Source: Mycobacteriaceae bacterium (lineage in GTDB: Bacteria > Actinomycetota > Actinomycetes > Mycobacteriales > Mycobacteriaceae). Taken from it: 64,000 nucleotides of DNA. Of this stretch, positions 1-9,617 are shown piece by piece (position 1 is the first letter of the stretch; each line of letters begins with the position of its first letter). The notes beneath the pieces are model-generated. The model was given only the letters and a program-made list of their open reading frames with translations. It was not told the origin of the DNA and did not search any database. Both the position numbers and the translations under genes were made by a program. The DNA is taken from assembly GCA_029977845.1 (NCBI GenBank), contig JAPOKC010000002.1, positions 996 to 64,995 of the forward strand, given 5' to 3'.

Positions 1-1092
1 CGATCCGATCTCGGCGTAACGACCCGACACCTGATCTCCGCGCACGAAGAGTTCACCGACCTCGTCGGGACCGAGCACAGTTCCATCCTCGGCACGGATC
101 TGAACCTCGATACCGGGGACCGGCTGGCCCACCGAGCCGAGCCGTTTGCGGGTCGTCTCATCCTCGGCCCCGTGCGCGAGCCGGTGGTCGTCGGGAGTGA
201 GAACCGCGATCGTGGAACTGGTCTCGGTCAGGCCGTAGGCGTTGACGAATCCGACGTTCGGCAACAACTCCAGGGCTTTGCGGACCAGGGGCAGCGGAAC
301 CTTCGACCCGCCGTAGGCCAGCGTGCGCAGACGCGGAAGTTCGGTGCGCTGCGCCTCCAGCACCGCGATGATACGGTCGAGCATGGTGGGAACAACCGTC
401 GCGCTGGTGACCGATTCGGCCGCGGCCAGCCGAACCCATTCGCCCGCATCGAATTTGGGCAGGTAAACCATTTTTCGTCCGGCGTACAGGTTCGACAGCG
501 CGGCGCCGACACCGGCGATGTGATACGGCGGTACGCAGATCAGAGCGGCGTCGTCCGGTTCCGCCGAGGCGAATTCGACCGTGCCGGTCACATAGCTGGT
601 GAGGTTGTTGTGGCTGAGCTCAACGGCTTTGGGCCGCGAGGTGGTGCCGGAGGTGAACAGCACCACCGCCACATCATCGGGATCCGGGAACTCCGCGACG
701 GGTTCGGCTGCCGAGGCCGCGGTGACGAATGCGTTCGATTCTATGGTCGCGGTCCCGAGGCCGGCGACGACGTCGGCGTACTCCGCGTCATGCACCACGA
801 GCGGTTCGGGCAGCCGCGCGATCAATTCGGCCAGCGCCTCGCCGGACAGGCGGTAGTTCAGCGGGGTGAAGGGTTTCGCCGCACGAGCCGAACCGAAGAT
901 CAGCAGCGGCAGCATGACGCCGCCTGCTCCGACATAGATCACACTGCCGGCACCGGACGCGGCGATCACGCCGGCGGCTCCATCGGCCAGGGCGTTCAGC
1001 TCGCCCACCGTCAGACGCTGCTCTCCGCAGACCACCCCGACGCGCTCCTCATCGGCTGACACCGCCATCTCCAGCAGCAGCGCAACACTCAT
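1..1092 (-). CDS. Acyl-CoA synthetase / AMP-binding enzyme (3' end runs off the window)
   Basis: Absent from the ORF track (no stop in window); read manually from ATG at 1092: MSVALLLEMAV...; A3 motif VLFTSGTTSRPKAV and A5 motif FVNAYGLTETSS. Confidence 0.9.
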   Translation of the reverse strand, partial: MSVALLLEMAVSADEERVGVVCGEQRLTVGELNALADGAAGVIAASGAGSVIYVGAGGVMLPLLIFGSARAAKPFTPLNYRLSGEALAELIARLPEPLVVHDAEYADVVAGLGTATIESNAFVTAASAAEPVAEFPDPDDVAVVLFTSGTTSRPKAVELSHNNLTSYVTGTVEFASAEPDDAALICVPPYHIAGVGAALSNLYAGRKMVYLPKFDAGEWVRLAAAESVTSATVVPTMLDRIIAVLEAQRTELPRLRTLAYGGSKVPLPLVRKALELLPNVGFVNAYGLTETSSTIAVLTPDDHRLAHGAEDETTRKRLGSVGQPVPGIEVQIRAEDGTVLGPDEVGELFVRGDQVSGRYAEIGS

Positions 1093-1114
1093 CGGAAGGG
1101 ACTCCTAGACCGAC

Positions 1115-1726
1115 CTAGACGGGATTGAACTCGGAGATCAGCCAGCTGTCACCGCTGCGGACCATGGTCACCATCACGCTGCTGGTCGCCAGCGCCGGCT
1201 CCGGGCGTTCCTTGCTGGTGCTGACCTGATTGACGAAGACCAGGACGGTCGCGTTGTCCGGGCGCATCTCCGCGACCGCGGAGCGAACCACCGTCGCCTC
1301 GGTCTTGACACCCTTCTGTTTGGCGGCCGGGTTGACGATCTTGTCGGTGAAGTCGCTGTAGTAAGTCAGAAACGGTCCGGTCAGATGGGACTTGGCGTTG
1401 GCCAGATCCTGATCGATGGTGTCGGGCGCATACGACAGCAGCGCCACCGTCCCCTGCTTCGCGGCTTCGGCCACCCGTGCCTGATGGTCCGCATCGGTCA
1501 ATCGGTCCGGACGGTAGAGGAACCAGAACACGCTGCCGGCCGCGATCACCGAAGCCAGCAGCAGGGCCGCCAACGTCACGGCGAGTCGGCGTTGAGCGCA
1601 CCAGGCCAGCACCCGTCCGATAGCACCGGTCCCGGCGGCGACCACGGGTGTTTCGGAGGAGAGTTCTTCCACGGCTTCGGAATCAACCGTCAATTCCGCG
1701 GGATCGATCTCGTCATTTTCGGTCAT
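1115..1726 (-). CDS. Mce-associated membrane protein (Mam family)
   Basis: Acidic N-terminus, single TM, then VALLSY...AKSHLTGPF...VLVFVNQ...WLISEFNPV typical of Mam proteins. Confidence 0.85.
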   Translation of the reverse strand: MTENDEIDPAELTVDSEAVEELSSETPVVAAGTGAIGRVLAWCAQRRLAVTLAALLLASVIAAGSVFWFLYRPDRLTDADHQARVAEAAKQGTVALLSYAPDTIDQDLANAKSHLTGPFLTYYSDFTDKIVNPAAKQKGVKTEATVVRSAVAEMRPDNATVLVFVNQVSTSKERPEPALATSSVMVTMVRSGDSWLISEFNPV

Positions 1727-2415
1727 GGTACGAACTCCACATTCGACATCTTGAGTTGCCCGCCATCCGGGCTAACCGTCACGCTCATCCGGAAGGGACG
1801 CGGATCCTGGCGCGCACCGTTGGCATTCGTCACCTGGGACACCACCGCGAGCAGGACCACCGCGGAATCGCCGTTGACCGAATCGACAGCGGCTCCGCTG
1901 ACCGAACCCTTCGTCACCGCCTTGGACTGCTCGGCGGTCTTCACGAAATCCTCGGCCCCTTTGACGAAGTCCTCCCTGAATCCTCCGGTCGAGAGGTCCA
2001 GGACATGTTGAACATCGTCCTTGGCCCGGCTGTGATCGATCGACAGCAGTGCCACCACACCGTTGCGCGCCGCGTCGATGAAGGCCTGCCGATGCGCACG
2101 CTCGGCGGCTGCCTGCCGGTGCGCGACCACCATCCAACCGGTGAGCGCAACGCTGCCCGTCGTCAGCACCGCGGCACCCACCACCCCGATTCGCTTCCAC
2201 GGCAATCTGGACGGCAATCCCGACCACCGACGTCGAGCGGGCTCGGCAACCGCGGCAGGCTCCACGGATTCGTCGTCAGCACCCGCGTCCTCACCGCGCA
2301 AACGGGCTGCTTCCGCCCTGGCCCGTGCAGCCTCGGCGAGGGCCTCGGCCTCGGCAGCCTCGGCCTCGGCCAACTCGGTCAGCACCTCGGACGTGCCGTT
2401 CACCTCTGGATCCAT
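1723..2415 (-). CDS. Mce-associated membrane protein (Mam family)
   Basis: Ala/Glu coiled coil AEAEAAEAEALAEAARARA, one TM, LDLSTGGFREDF, C-terminal LKMSNVEFVP; start re-chosen at ATG 2415. Confidence 0.85.
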   Translation of the reverse strand: MDPEVNGTSEVLTELAEAEAAEAEALAEAARARAEAARLRGEDAGADDESVEPAAVAEPARRRWSGLPSRLPWKRIGVVGAAVLTTGSVALTGWMVVAHRQAAAERAHRQAFIDAARNGVVALLSIDHSRAKDDVQHVLDLSTGGFREDFVKGAEDFVKTAEQSKAVTKGSVSGAAVDSVNGDSAVVLLAVVSQVTNANGARQDPRPFRMSVTVSPDGGQLKMSNVEFVP

Positions 2416-2434
2416 CGCCGCCAGCGTACGCACC

Positions 2435-3880
2435 TCACTGCAGCTCACCTTTCATGACCTTGCCGGTGGCGTTCAGCGGCAGTCCGTCCCTGAATTCGAC
2501 GATGCGGGGAACCTTGTAGCCGGCCATCCGGTCTCGGCTCCAGGAGATGAGGTCCTCCGCGCTGATCCGCTGACCATCGCGGCACACCACGAACGCCTTG
2601 CCGACCTGGCCCAGCCGATCGTCGGGCACGCCGATCACGGCGGCCTGGGCCACGGCCGGGTGTTCCATCAGGAAGTCCTCGATCTCGGCCGGGTACGCGT
2701 TGAAGCCGCCGACGATGAACATGTCCTTCTTGCGACCGTTGATCTTCAGCCGTCCCGACTCCGTCAGCACACCCATGTCTCCGGTGTGCAGCCAGCCGTC
2801 GGGGTCGATGGCTTCGGCGGTGGCGGCCGGGTCGTCGAAGTAGCCCTGCATCACGCTGTAACCGCGCACCAGCACCTCGCCGTCCTCAGCGATGCGCACC
2901 TCGACATCGGCCACCGGCAGTCCGGCGGTGGTGGCGATGTCCTCGAACGAGTCACCCTGACGTGACATCGTCGCCGTACCCGCCTCGGTCAACCCGTAGC
3001 CGGTCGCCAACGTTGTGAACGGGAGCTCCTCGTAGACCCGGCGGACGAGTTCGACGGGGATGTCCGCAGCGCCGGTCACACCGGCGCGCAACGTGGCCAG
3101 CTTGCTCTTGTCGGTGACCGCGAGCAGCGAGTGGTACAGCGTCGGCGGACCGGGGAGCATCGTGATCTGTTCTGCGGCAATGAGATCCACGACACGGTCG
3201 ATGTCGAATACCGCAACCGGCAGCATGGTCGCGCCGCGGATGAAGGAGGCGATACAACCCGCCTTGTAGCCGAAGGTGTGGAAGAACGGGTTGATGATCA
3301 GGTAGCGATCACGCGGACGAAGATCAGCGAGGTCGCACCACTCGGCGTACATCCGCAGATTCTGCAGATGGTTCATCATGACGCCCTTGGGACGGCCGGT
3401 CGTACCCGAGGTGTAGATGATGTCGGCGATATCGGAGCCCTCGACCTGCCGATGCAAGGGCGTCCCGGCCTCGAGAAATCCGGACTTCAGATCGATCGCC
3501 GGTACACCCGGTGGGCTCGGGTAGTCCTGACCGAGGAAACCCTTCTCGACGAGGAGGACCTTGGCGCCACTGCGGGTGATGATGTCGGCCGCCTCGCCGG
3601 CTTTGTACCGGGTGCTGACCGGGACCACGATCCCACCGGCGGTCAGCGTCCCGAACGCGGCGATCATCCACTGCGCCGAGTTCGGCGCCCAGATGGCGAC
3701 CCGGTTACCCTTCTGCACACCCAGTTCCGCCAGTGCCCCCGCGGCCCGGCGAACCCGGTCGGCGACGTCGGTGAACGTCAGGCGCAACGGACCGTCGACG
3801 ACGGCCTCCGCGTCACCGAACCGGTCCGCCGCGCTCAGGACCATCTCCGGGATGGTCTGCCAGGGAACGGCTTGGGTCAC
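2435..3880 (-). CDS. FadD3-like acyl-CoA ligase
   Basis: YTSGTTGRPKG, INPFFHTFGYKAG (FadD3-like), GYGLTEAG, WLHTGD; likely GTG start at 3880 overlapping the upstream stop. Confidence 0.85.
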   Translation of the reverse strand: MTQAVPWQTIPEMVLSAADRFGDAEAVVDGPLRLTFTDVADRVRRAAGALAELGVQKGNRVAIWAPNSAQWMIAAFGTLTAGGIVVPVSTRYKAGEAADIITRSGAKVLLVEKGFLGQDYPSPPGVPAIDLKSGFLEAGTPLHRQVEGSDIADIIYTSGTTGRPKGVMMNHLQNLRMYAEWCDLADLRPRDRYLIINPFFHTFGYKAGCIASFIRGATMLPVAVFDIDRVVDLIAAEQITMLPGPPTLYHSLLAVTDKSKLATLRAGVTGAADIPVELVRRVYEELPFTTLATGYGLTEAGTATMSRQGDSFEDIATTAGLPVADVEVRIAEDGEVLVRGYSVMQGYFDDPAATAEAIDPDGWLHTGDMGVLTESGRLKINGRKKDMFIVGGFNAYPAEIEDFLMEHPAVAQAAVIGVPDDRLGQVGKAFVVCRDGQRISAEDLISWSRDRMAGYKVPRIVEFRDGLPLNATGKVMKGELQ

Positions 3881-5067
3881 ACCCCGACGAGCCGGGCCAG
3901 GTTGCCGCCCATGATCTTGGCCTGATCCGAAACGGGCAGGTGCTCGAGAGCCTTGGCGTAGTAGGTCGGCTCGGCCAACCCCTCCGGGTGCGGCCAGTCC
4001 GAGCCGTAGAGCACGTTGTCCACGCCGATCAGATTGACCAGATCGTCGATGCCCTCCTCGTAGAACGGGCTTACGGCGATCCGGCTCCGGACCATCTCGA
4101 CAGGGTCGCTCGGGAACGCTTCGGGCGCCTTCTTGTACACCTCGGCCAGACCGTCGAGCAACGGGAACATCCACTTCGCGCCGGCCTCGACGATCGCGAT
4201 CTTGACCGTCGGGAAACGATAGAGCAGGCCGTGGATCACGCAGGACGCCACCGCATCCTGAATCGGCCGCCACTCGTTGAGGATCGACATGGCGTTGGTC
4301 TGGAACGGCAGCATCTCCTGGGCAGCGCCGTCCCACTCCGAGGTGTAGCGCGAGTAACCGCTATCGCTGGAGTGCATTCCGACCAGAAGGTCGTACTCGA
4401 CGACCTTCTGCCAGAACGGGTCGAACTCCGGCAGCGCAAACGACCTCGGGCCACGGAAACCGGGCACCGGTGCCGGGCGGATCAGGATGCAGCGGGCACC
4501 GCGCTTGACCGCCCACTCCAACTCCTCCACCGCCTTCTCGACGATCGGCAGCGTGATCACCGGGGTGGTGTAGATGCGGTTCTCGTAGTTGAAACCCCAG
4601 ACGTCGGCGAGCCACTCGTTGAGGGCGTGGATGATGACGTGGATGGCGACCGGATCGTCACGCAGACGCTCCTCGACCACGCTGGCCATCGTCGGGAACA
4701 TCAGCGTCCGGTCCAGGCCGAGTTCGTTCATCACTTCGAGGCGCGGGCCGGGCTCGAAGAACGCCGGGATGGACCGCATCGGCTCACCGAACAGTTCGCG
4801 CTTGGTCTTGCCCTCCGGGTTGCCGTACTTGAAGTACTCCTCCCAGGCGCCGGGCTTGGCCACCACCTCGAAGGTGGCGTTGGGGATGTAGTTGCTGATC
4901 TGACCCCGCAGCGCAATCTTGGTCCGGCCATTGACCTGCACGTACTGGACGAGGTCCTTGTACTCCTTGGGCAGGTACTTGGTCATCGCCTCCGGCGGCT
5001 CGTACAGGTGGTTATCGGCGTCGAAGATCGAGAACGGCAGGTCGATCCGGTGTGACAGCTGGCCCAT
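3877..5067 (-). CDS. Amidohydrolase_2-fold protein; candidate PtmU3-type dinuclear oxygenase
   Basis: DADNH, GMHS, IVEAG, GSDWPHPEG; ATG at 5067 preceded by GAGGAGGA RBS. Confidence 0.85.
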   Translation of the reverse strand: MGQLSHRIDLPFSIFDADNHLYEPPEAMTKYLPKEYKDLVQYVQVNGRTKIALRGQISNYIPNATFEVVAKPGAWEEYFKYGNPEGKTKRELFGEPMRSIPAFFEPGPRLEVMNELGLDRTLMFPTMASVVEERLRDDPVAIHVIIHALNEWLADVWGFNYENRIYTTPVITLPIVEKAVEELEWAVKRGARCILIRPAPVPGFRGPRSFALPEFDPFWQKVVEYDLLVGMHSSDSGYSRYTSEWDGAAQEMLPFQTNAMSILNEWRPIQDAVASCVIHGLLYRFPTVKIAIVEAGAKWMFPLLDGLAEVYKKAPEAFPSDPVEMVRSRIAVSPFYEEGIDDLVNLIGVDNVLYGSDWPHPEGLAEPTYYAKALEHLPVSDQAKIMGGNLARLVGV

Positions 5068-5089
5068 GAAATCCTCCTCAAAGCTACGC

Positions 5090-5104
5090 GAGAATGTTAT
5101 TCTC
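5090..5104. promoter_or_regulatory. Palindromic operator GAGAAT-N3-ATTCTC (perfect copy)
   Basis: GAGAATGTTATTCTC about 23 bp upstream of the amidohydrolase start; motif recurs at many intergenic regions. Confidence 0.75.
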
Positions 5105-5127
5105 ATTATGGACTAATCGCAATACCC

Positions 5128-7527
5128 TCAACCCGGAGCTGTGCCGATGACCCCCTCGGCGGCCAGTTCGGAGATCTCGGCCTCGCTCAGGCCCAACCCG
5201 GTGAGGACCTCGTGGTTGTGTTGCCCGAGCAGGGGGGCATGCGCGCAGTGATAGCGCGTCGGGCCGCCCGCGCACCGGAACGGCAAGGTGCTGTGCCGCA
5301 CCGGATCGTTGACCGGGTGGGCGACGATCTCGAAGAAGCCCCGCGCCGCCAACTGCTCGAGATCGGGCTGGCGGTGCGGTTGCATGACGATGCCCACCGG
5401 CACCCCGGCCGGCCACAGGGTGGACACGATCTCCTCGGCACTGCGACCCGCGCACCAGCGGGCCAGATGTTCATCGATGCGGTCCGCGTGTGCGCGCCGT
5501 CCCGAGGCGGTGGCCAGTGACGCATCGCGGCCCCAGTCCGGATCGCCGAGTGCGGCGCGCAGTGCGGACCACTGTTGGTCGGTGGCCACCGCGATGGCGA
5601 CCCAGCGGTCTTCGCGACCGAACTCGTCGATCCCCGAGCTCCGGTACAGGTTCTGCGGCGCGGACACCGGGCCGCGGTTACCCGACCGCTGCAGCAGAGC
5701 GCCGTAGGCGGAGTATTCGATGACCTGTTCGGCGGCGATGTTGATGGCGGCATCGACCATCGCCGCCTCCACAAGGGCCCCCCGGCCAGTCCGGCGCCGA
5801 TTCGCGAGTGCGATCAGCACGGCGTTGAGCGCGTGCAGTCCGGCGTTGGGATCACCGATGGTGTACGGCTCGTAGGGATTTCGGTCGGGATACCCGGTGA
5901 GCCAGCTGATTCCGGCGGAAGCCTCGATCACATAGGCGAAGGCCGGGTTGTCCCGCCACGGCCCGTCGAGACCGAATCCCGGCATCCGGAGCATGATCAC
6001 ATCGGGCCGGATCCCTTGCACCGCTGCGTAATCCAGGCCGAGTTGGTCGAGGACCCGCGGGGTGAAATTCTCGGCGACCACATCACAGGTGGCGATCAGA
6101 CGCTTGAGCAGCTCACGTCCGCGTTCGCTCTGCAGATCCAGGGTGATGTCCTTCTTGTTGGTGTTCAGCGCCGAGAAGATCGGCTGCTTCTCCCACCACT
6201 GCTCGACGGTGACGGGAACCCCGCCGATCAACCGGGTCCCGTCCGGGCGACGGGTCGACTCGACGTGGATCACCTCCGCACCCAGCAGAGCCATCGGATG
6301 TGTGCAGGACGGCCCGGCCCAGAACGTCGTCAGGTCCAGGACCCGGACACCTTCCAGCGGTAGCCGGCCGGCAGCGACGCCGGTCGGCATTCGCGGATTC
6401 GGGGTTGCCGTCCGGTACTCCCCGGTGTGCTCGCCCATCCTCGGCGCCGGACCGGCGGGACGCAGCGTCACCCCGGAGATGCGGTAGGGATGGCCCGGTT
6501 GACGGAACCCGGCCGGATTGGCGACGAAGGATCCGCGGTCACGGAAATGATCCAGCGATTCGATGGTCGCCCCGTTGGACACCGGGGCGTTGGGGATGCG
6601 GAATGCGGTCGCCAGTTCCCGGACCTCATCGGCGGGGCGTTGGGCGATCCATGCGTACAGTTCGCCGGCCTTCTCGTTGGCCTGCTGGGTGATCGACAAC
6701 GCCGAACCCTCGTCGATCCAGTCCTCGTGCCCGGTCATCGCACAGAGGTCGAACCACTGCTGGGCGGTGCCGCAACCGATGTCGACCAAGCCGTCGGCGG
6801 CCGATGCGATCCCCGGCACGGTGAGCTTGCGGGCGTCCCGCCACGGCCGGCCGAGCATTTCGAAGTACGTCACCGGGAAATAGGTGAGTCCCATGACATG
6901 GCACTCGAGCATGGAGAGGTCGATCAACTCACCTGCGCCGCAATGTGATCGGCGCATCCATGCGGCCAGCGTGGCGGCACTGGCGTAGCCACCCGACAGA
7001 TAGTCACCGACCTGACCTCCGACATACACCGGAGCGCGGTCCGGGGCGCCACGGCCCAGTCCGACGATTCCGCCGGACCACGCCTGCAGGGTGAACTCGG
7101 TGGCCGCGCGATCACTCCACGGTCCCTCGAGCCCGAACGCGGTGATCGCGGTGATCACGAGGTGGGGGTGGCGCTCGCGCATCATCGCCGGAGAGAACCG
7201 GTCCAGTGCCGCGACGGGCGAGTCCGGCGTCCAGATGACCGCATCGGCGGATCCCAACAGTCGCTCGACGAGGTCGAGATCGGCCTCGCATGCCGGGTCG
7301 GCGAGCACGCTCGCCTTGCCGCCGGCCAGAAACGTGAACAGCGCACCGTCTTCATCGGGGGGGATCACCGCCCCCGACGCAGACCATCGGCGCAGCGGAT
7401 CACCCTGGGGCGCTTCCACTTTGATGATCTCAGCGCCGGCGTCCCCCAGAAGTTTCGTGCAGTATCCACCGGGGATTCCGGTCGAGAGATCGACGACGGT
7501 GAAGTCGATCAGTGGCGGTTCGGCCAC
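5128..7527 (-). CDS. Two-domain type III (CaiB/BaiF) CoA transferase
   Basis: 799 aa with two CaiB repeats (GAEIIKVEAPQGDPLR; PLEGVRVLDLTTFWAGP...GAEVIHVE), each ending APxxGxH. Confidence 0.9.
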   Translation of the reverse strand: MAEPPLIDFTVVDLSTGIPGGYCTKLLGDAGAEIIKVEAPQGDPLRRWSASGAVIPPDEDGALFTFLAGGKASVLADPACEADLDLVERLLGSADAVIWTPDSPVAALDRFSPAMMRERHPHLVITAITAFGLEGPWSDRAATEFTLQAWSGGIVGLGRGAPDRAPVYVGGQVGDYLSGGYASAATLAAWMRRSHCGAGELIDLSMLECHVMGLTYFPVTYFEMLGRPWRDARKLTVPGIASAADGLVDIGCGTAQQWFDLCAMTGHEDWIDEGSALSITQQANEKAGELYAWIAQRPADEVRELATAFRIPNAPVSNGATIESLDHFRDRGSFVANPAGFRQPGHPYRISGVTLRPAGPAPRMGEHTGEYRTATPNPRMPTGVAAGRLPLEGVRVLDLTTFWAGPSCTHPMALLGAEVIHVESTRRPDGTRLIGGVPVTVEQWWEKQPIFSALNTNKKDITLDLQSERGRELLKRLIATCDVVAENFTPRVLDQLGLDYAAVQGIRPDVIMLRMPGFGLDGPWRDNPAFAYVIEASAGISWLTGYPDRNPYEPYTIGDPNAGLHALNAVLIALANRRRTGRGALVEAAMVDAAINIAAEQVIEYSAYGALLQRSGNRGPVSAPQNLYRSSGIDEFGREDRWVAIAVATDQQWSALRAALGDPDWGRDASLATASGRRAHADRIDEHLARWCAGRSAEEIVSTLWPAGVPVGIVMQPHRQPDLEQLAARGFFEIVAHPVNDPVRHSTLPFRCAGGPTRYHCAHAPLLGQHNHEVLTGLGLSEAEISELAAEGVIGTAPG

Positions 7528-7531
7528 CGGG

Positions 7532-8497
7532 TCACTTCTTCTTGTGCTTCTTGCGGCCAGACTTCGACAGTCGCCATTCCGGAGGGAACTTGTCGTCGTT
7601 GTCCTTCACCGCTCCGGACAGACCGGTGTCGAGAGCCTCATGCATGTCCAGGTCGTCCTCGTCGTGGGCGATGGCCGCGCCCATCGACTCGAAGTACCCG
7701 CCCAGCAGGCTGCCCATGTACTCGCCCTGGAACTGTTTCATCACCTCGAAGAAGATCTTCTGCTGAAAGACCGTGTCCGTCGGGCGGTTACGCGCGCATG
7801 CCAGCGCATACTTGGCGACCTCGTCTTCAAGCTGATCGCGGGGTACCACGCTGTTGAGGAAGTTGCACTCGGCCATCTCGGCCGCGGTGAAGGGCCGGCC
7901 GGTGTAGACCATCTCCTGGAACTTGCGGATTCCCATCATCTGGGCCCACCACCACATCCGCGGCCCCCAGCCGTAGTACCGGAACGACGGGTGGCCGAAC
8001 AGCGCGTCGTCGGAGGAGATCACCAGGTCCGCGTCGGCAGCCTGATAGAAGTGCCAGCCGTAGCAGTAGCCCTTGACCTCCAGGATGGAGATCTTCTTGA
8101 AATCCTGCAGGGTGCGGATGCCCGACTGCGGGCTGGCATACCAGGCACTGATGGTGGCGCCGCGCCGAAACGATCCCTTGGGTGGGTATTTGACCTCTCC
8201 GGGCGGAATCCTGAATTCGCCCAGCCGCGGACCTTCGTCCTCGTCGTTCTGCATCTCCATGAACTCGGGCAGATCCGCACCGCTGCCGAGATCCTCGCCC
8301 TCGCCGCGGATCACCAGAACCTTGACCTGATCGTCGACTCCGGCCTGGTACAGCAGATCCGAGTACCGCAACCGGGCCGCTGCGGTGGGCGCGTTGAGAT
8401 ACTCCGGCCGATCGAAGGTGATCGTGGCGATCTTGGTCTTCGGATCCTTCTCGTAACGGATGATCTGCTCGGCGGGGGGACGCTGGCTTTTAGCCAT
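7532..8497 (-). CDS. Crotonase / enoyl-CoA hydratase-fold protein, atypical active site
   Basis: IATITFDRPEYLNA, GSGADL, EVKGYCYGWHFYQAADADLVISSDDALFGHP. Confidence 0.85.
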   Translation of the reverse strand: MAKSQRPPAEQIIRYEKDPKTKIATITFDRPEYLNAPTAAARLRYSDLLYQAGVDDQVKVLVIRGEGEDLGSGADLPEFMEMQNDEDEGPRLGEFRIPPGEVKYPPKGSFRRGATISAWYASPQSGIRTLQDFKKISILEVKGYCYGWHFYQAADADLVISSDDALFGHPSFRYYGWGPRMWWWAQMMGIRKFQEMVYTGRPFTAAEMAECNFLNSVVPRDQLEDEVAKYALACARNRPTDTVFQQKIFFEVMKQFQGEYMGSLLGGYFESMGAAIAHDEDDLDMHEALDTGLSGAVKDNDDKFPPEWRLSKSGRKKHKKK

Positions 8498-9617
8498 GGG
8501 TGCTCCACACCGGACTCGACGTCAACACTTCGCACCCTTCCCCGGTGATCAACACCGCATCGCGCCGGAACACCGCACCCACACCGTCGGCGAACACCAG
8601 TCCGGTGACCGCCAGCACCATTCCCGGCTCCAGCACCTCGGCCTCTGCCGTCGCGGCCAGTTGCGGAGTCACCACCGGGGCGTCGAACCCGGCACCCAGT
8701 CCGTGGGCCACCGGCAGCGGAGGCAGCGGTTCGCCGGCCTTCTCATACGCGGCCAGCAGATCCGCCGCGCGCCCGCCCGGCCGGCATGCCGCGAGCAGAT
8801 GATCGTGCAGTGTCGCCGAGCGCCGGTACAACCCGTTTCCGCCGTTGCCGGTCTGCCCGACCGGACAGGTGCGCCCGACTTCACCGATATAACCGCGATC
8901 CAGCACGCCGGACGCGAAGGCCACCAGATCGCCGGTGTGCACCCGGCCGTCACCGGCGACCCTCCGCCACGGGTGGTCCTTGGCGGTCACCCACACCGCA
9001 TCCTGATTGGCCGGCGTGCTGACTCCCCCGGCCGTCATCGCCTCCAGCAGCACCGCGGTGAGGTCCTGCACCGGAGTTCCGTCGCGCAGGTGCGCGGCGG
9101 CGGCCGCCAGGCCCAATTCGGCCACTCTGATCGACTCGCGCAGTGCCACGATCTCATCCGGCGTCTTGATCCGCCGCGCCGCACGCATGGCAGGTTCCCC
9201 GTCGACGAGTTCGGCATTGGGGAATGCCATCGGCAGAAGCTGCGCGAATCCCGGGGACAGCGCGTCCGAACCCACCCTGCGCGCGGTGGAGGCACCCGGA
9301 ATCCTGGTCAGGTTCGCGATGGTGTTCATCGGATTCCAGGAGATGCCGTAGAGGTTCTCGCGAGGGATGTCATCCGGGATGCCTTCGTCCCACGTGCTCA
9401 ACAGATGCACGGCTCCGGTCTCGCGAACCACCACGCACGACGGCGCGAACGGCCGGGTTCCGGCGACCCAGAGTTGTTGTGCCCCACTAACGTAGCGGAT
9501 GTTGGACTGACGTCCCAGGATCAGCACATCGAGATCGTGGGCGGCCATCTGCTCCAGTGCGCGTTTCCGGCGCCCCAGGCGCAGTGCGCGCTCGTCGGCG
9601 AGGACTTCAGTCGCCAT
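8490..9617 (-). CDS. M24 (pita-bread) fold protein with degenerate metal site
   Basis: Creatinase-like N-domain, ARRIKTPDEI, GEVGRTC, AHGLG, LEPGMVLAVTG; several acidic metal ligands replaced. Confidence 0.8.
   Translation of the reverse strand: MATEVLADERALRLGRRKRALEQMAAHDLDVLILGRQSNIRYVSGAQQLWVAGTRPFAPSCVVVRETGAVHLLSTWDEGIPDDIPRENLYGISWNPMNTIANLTRIPGASTARRVGSDALSPGFAQLLPMAFPNAELVDGEPAMRAARRIKTPDEIVALRESIRVAELGLAAAAAHLRDGTPVQDLTAVLLEAMTAGGVSTPANQDAVWVTAKDHPWRRVAGDGRVHTGDLVAFASGVLDRGYIGEVGRTCPVGQTGNGGNGLYRRSATLHDHLLAACRPGGRAADLLAAYEKAGEPLPPLPVAHGLGAGFDAPVVTPQLAATAEAEVLEPGMVLAVTGLVFADGVGAVFRRDAVLITGEGCEVLTSSPVWSTHG

Noticed and set aside
172-1059. 295 aa + strand ORF and many other long antisense ORFs (e.g. 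18983-20305, 31067-32395, 42983-44449, 50712-52358)
   Set aside because: Shadow ORFs opposite motif-bearing genes, expected from high-GC codon bias; no recognisable domains
3881-4336. N-terminal extension making the ligase 633 aa; similar extensions for the Rieske (59685), quinone reductase (30528), MceB (46562) and ferredoxin (13671) ORFs
   Set aside because: Extensions overlap upstream genes in another frame; real starts coincide with stop/start overlaps, so these are not fusions
5090-5104. GAGAAT...ATTCTC as a Fur box, or as a KstR/KstR2 site
   Set aside because: Fur-type boxes have a 1 bp centre whereas this motif consistently has 3 bp; it does not fit TnnAACnnGTTnnA or AnCAAGnnCTTGnT
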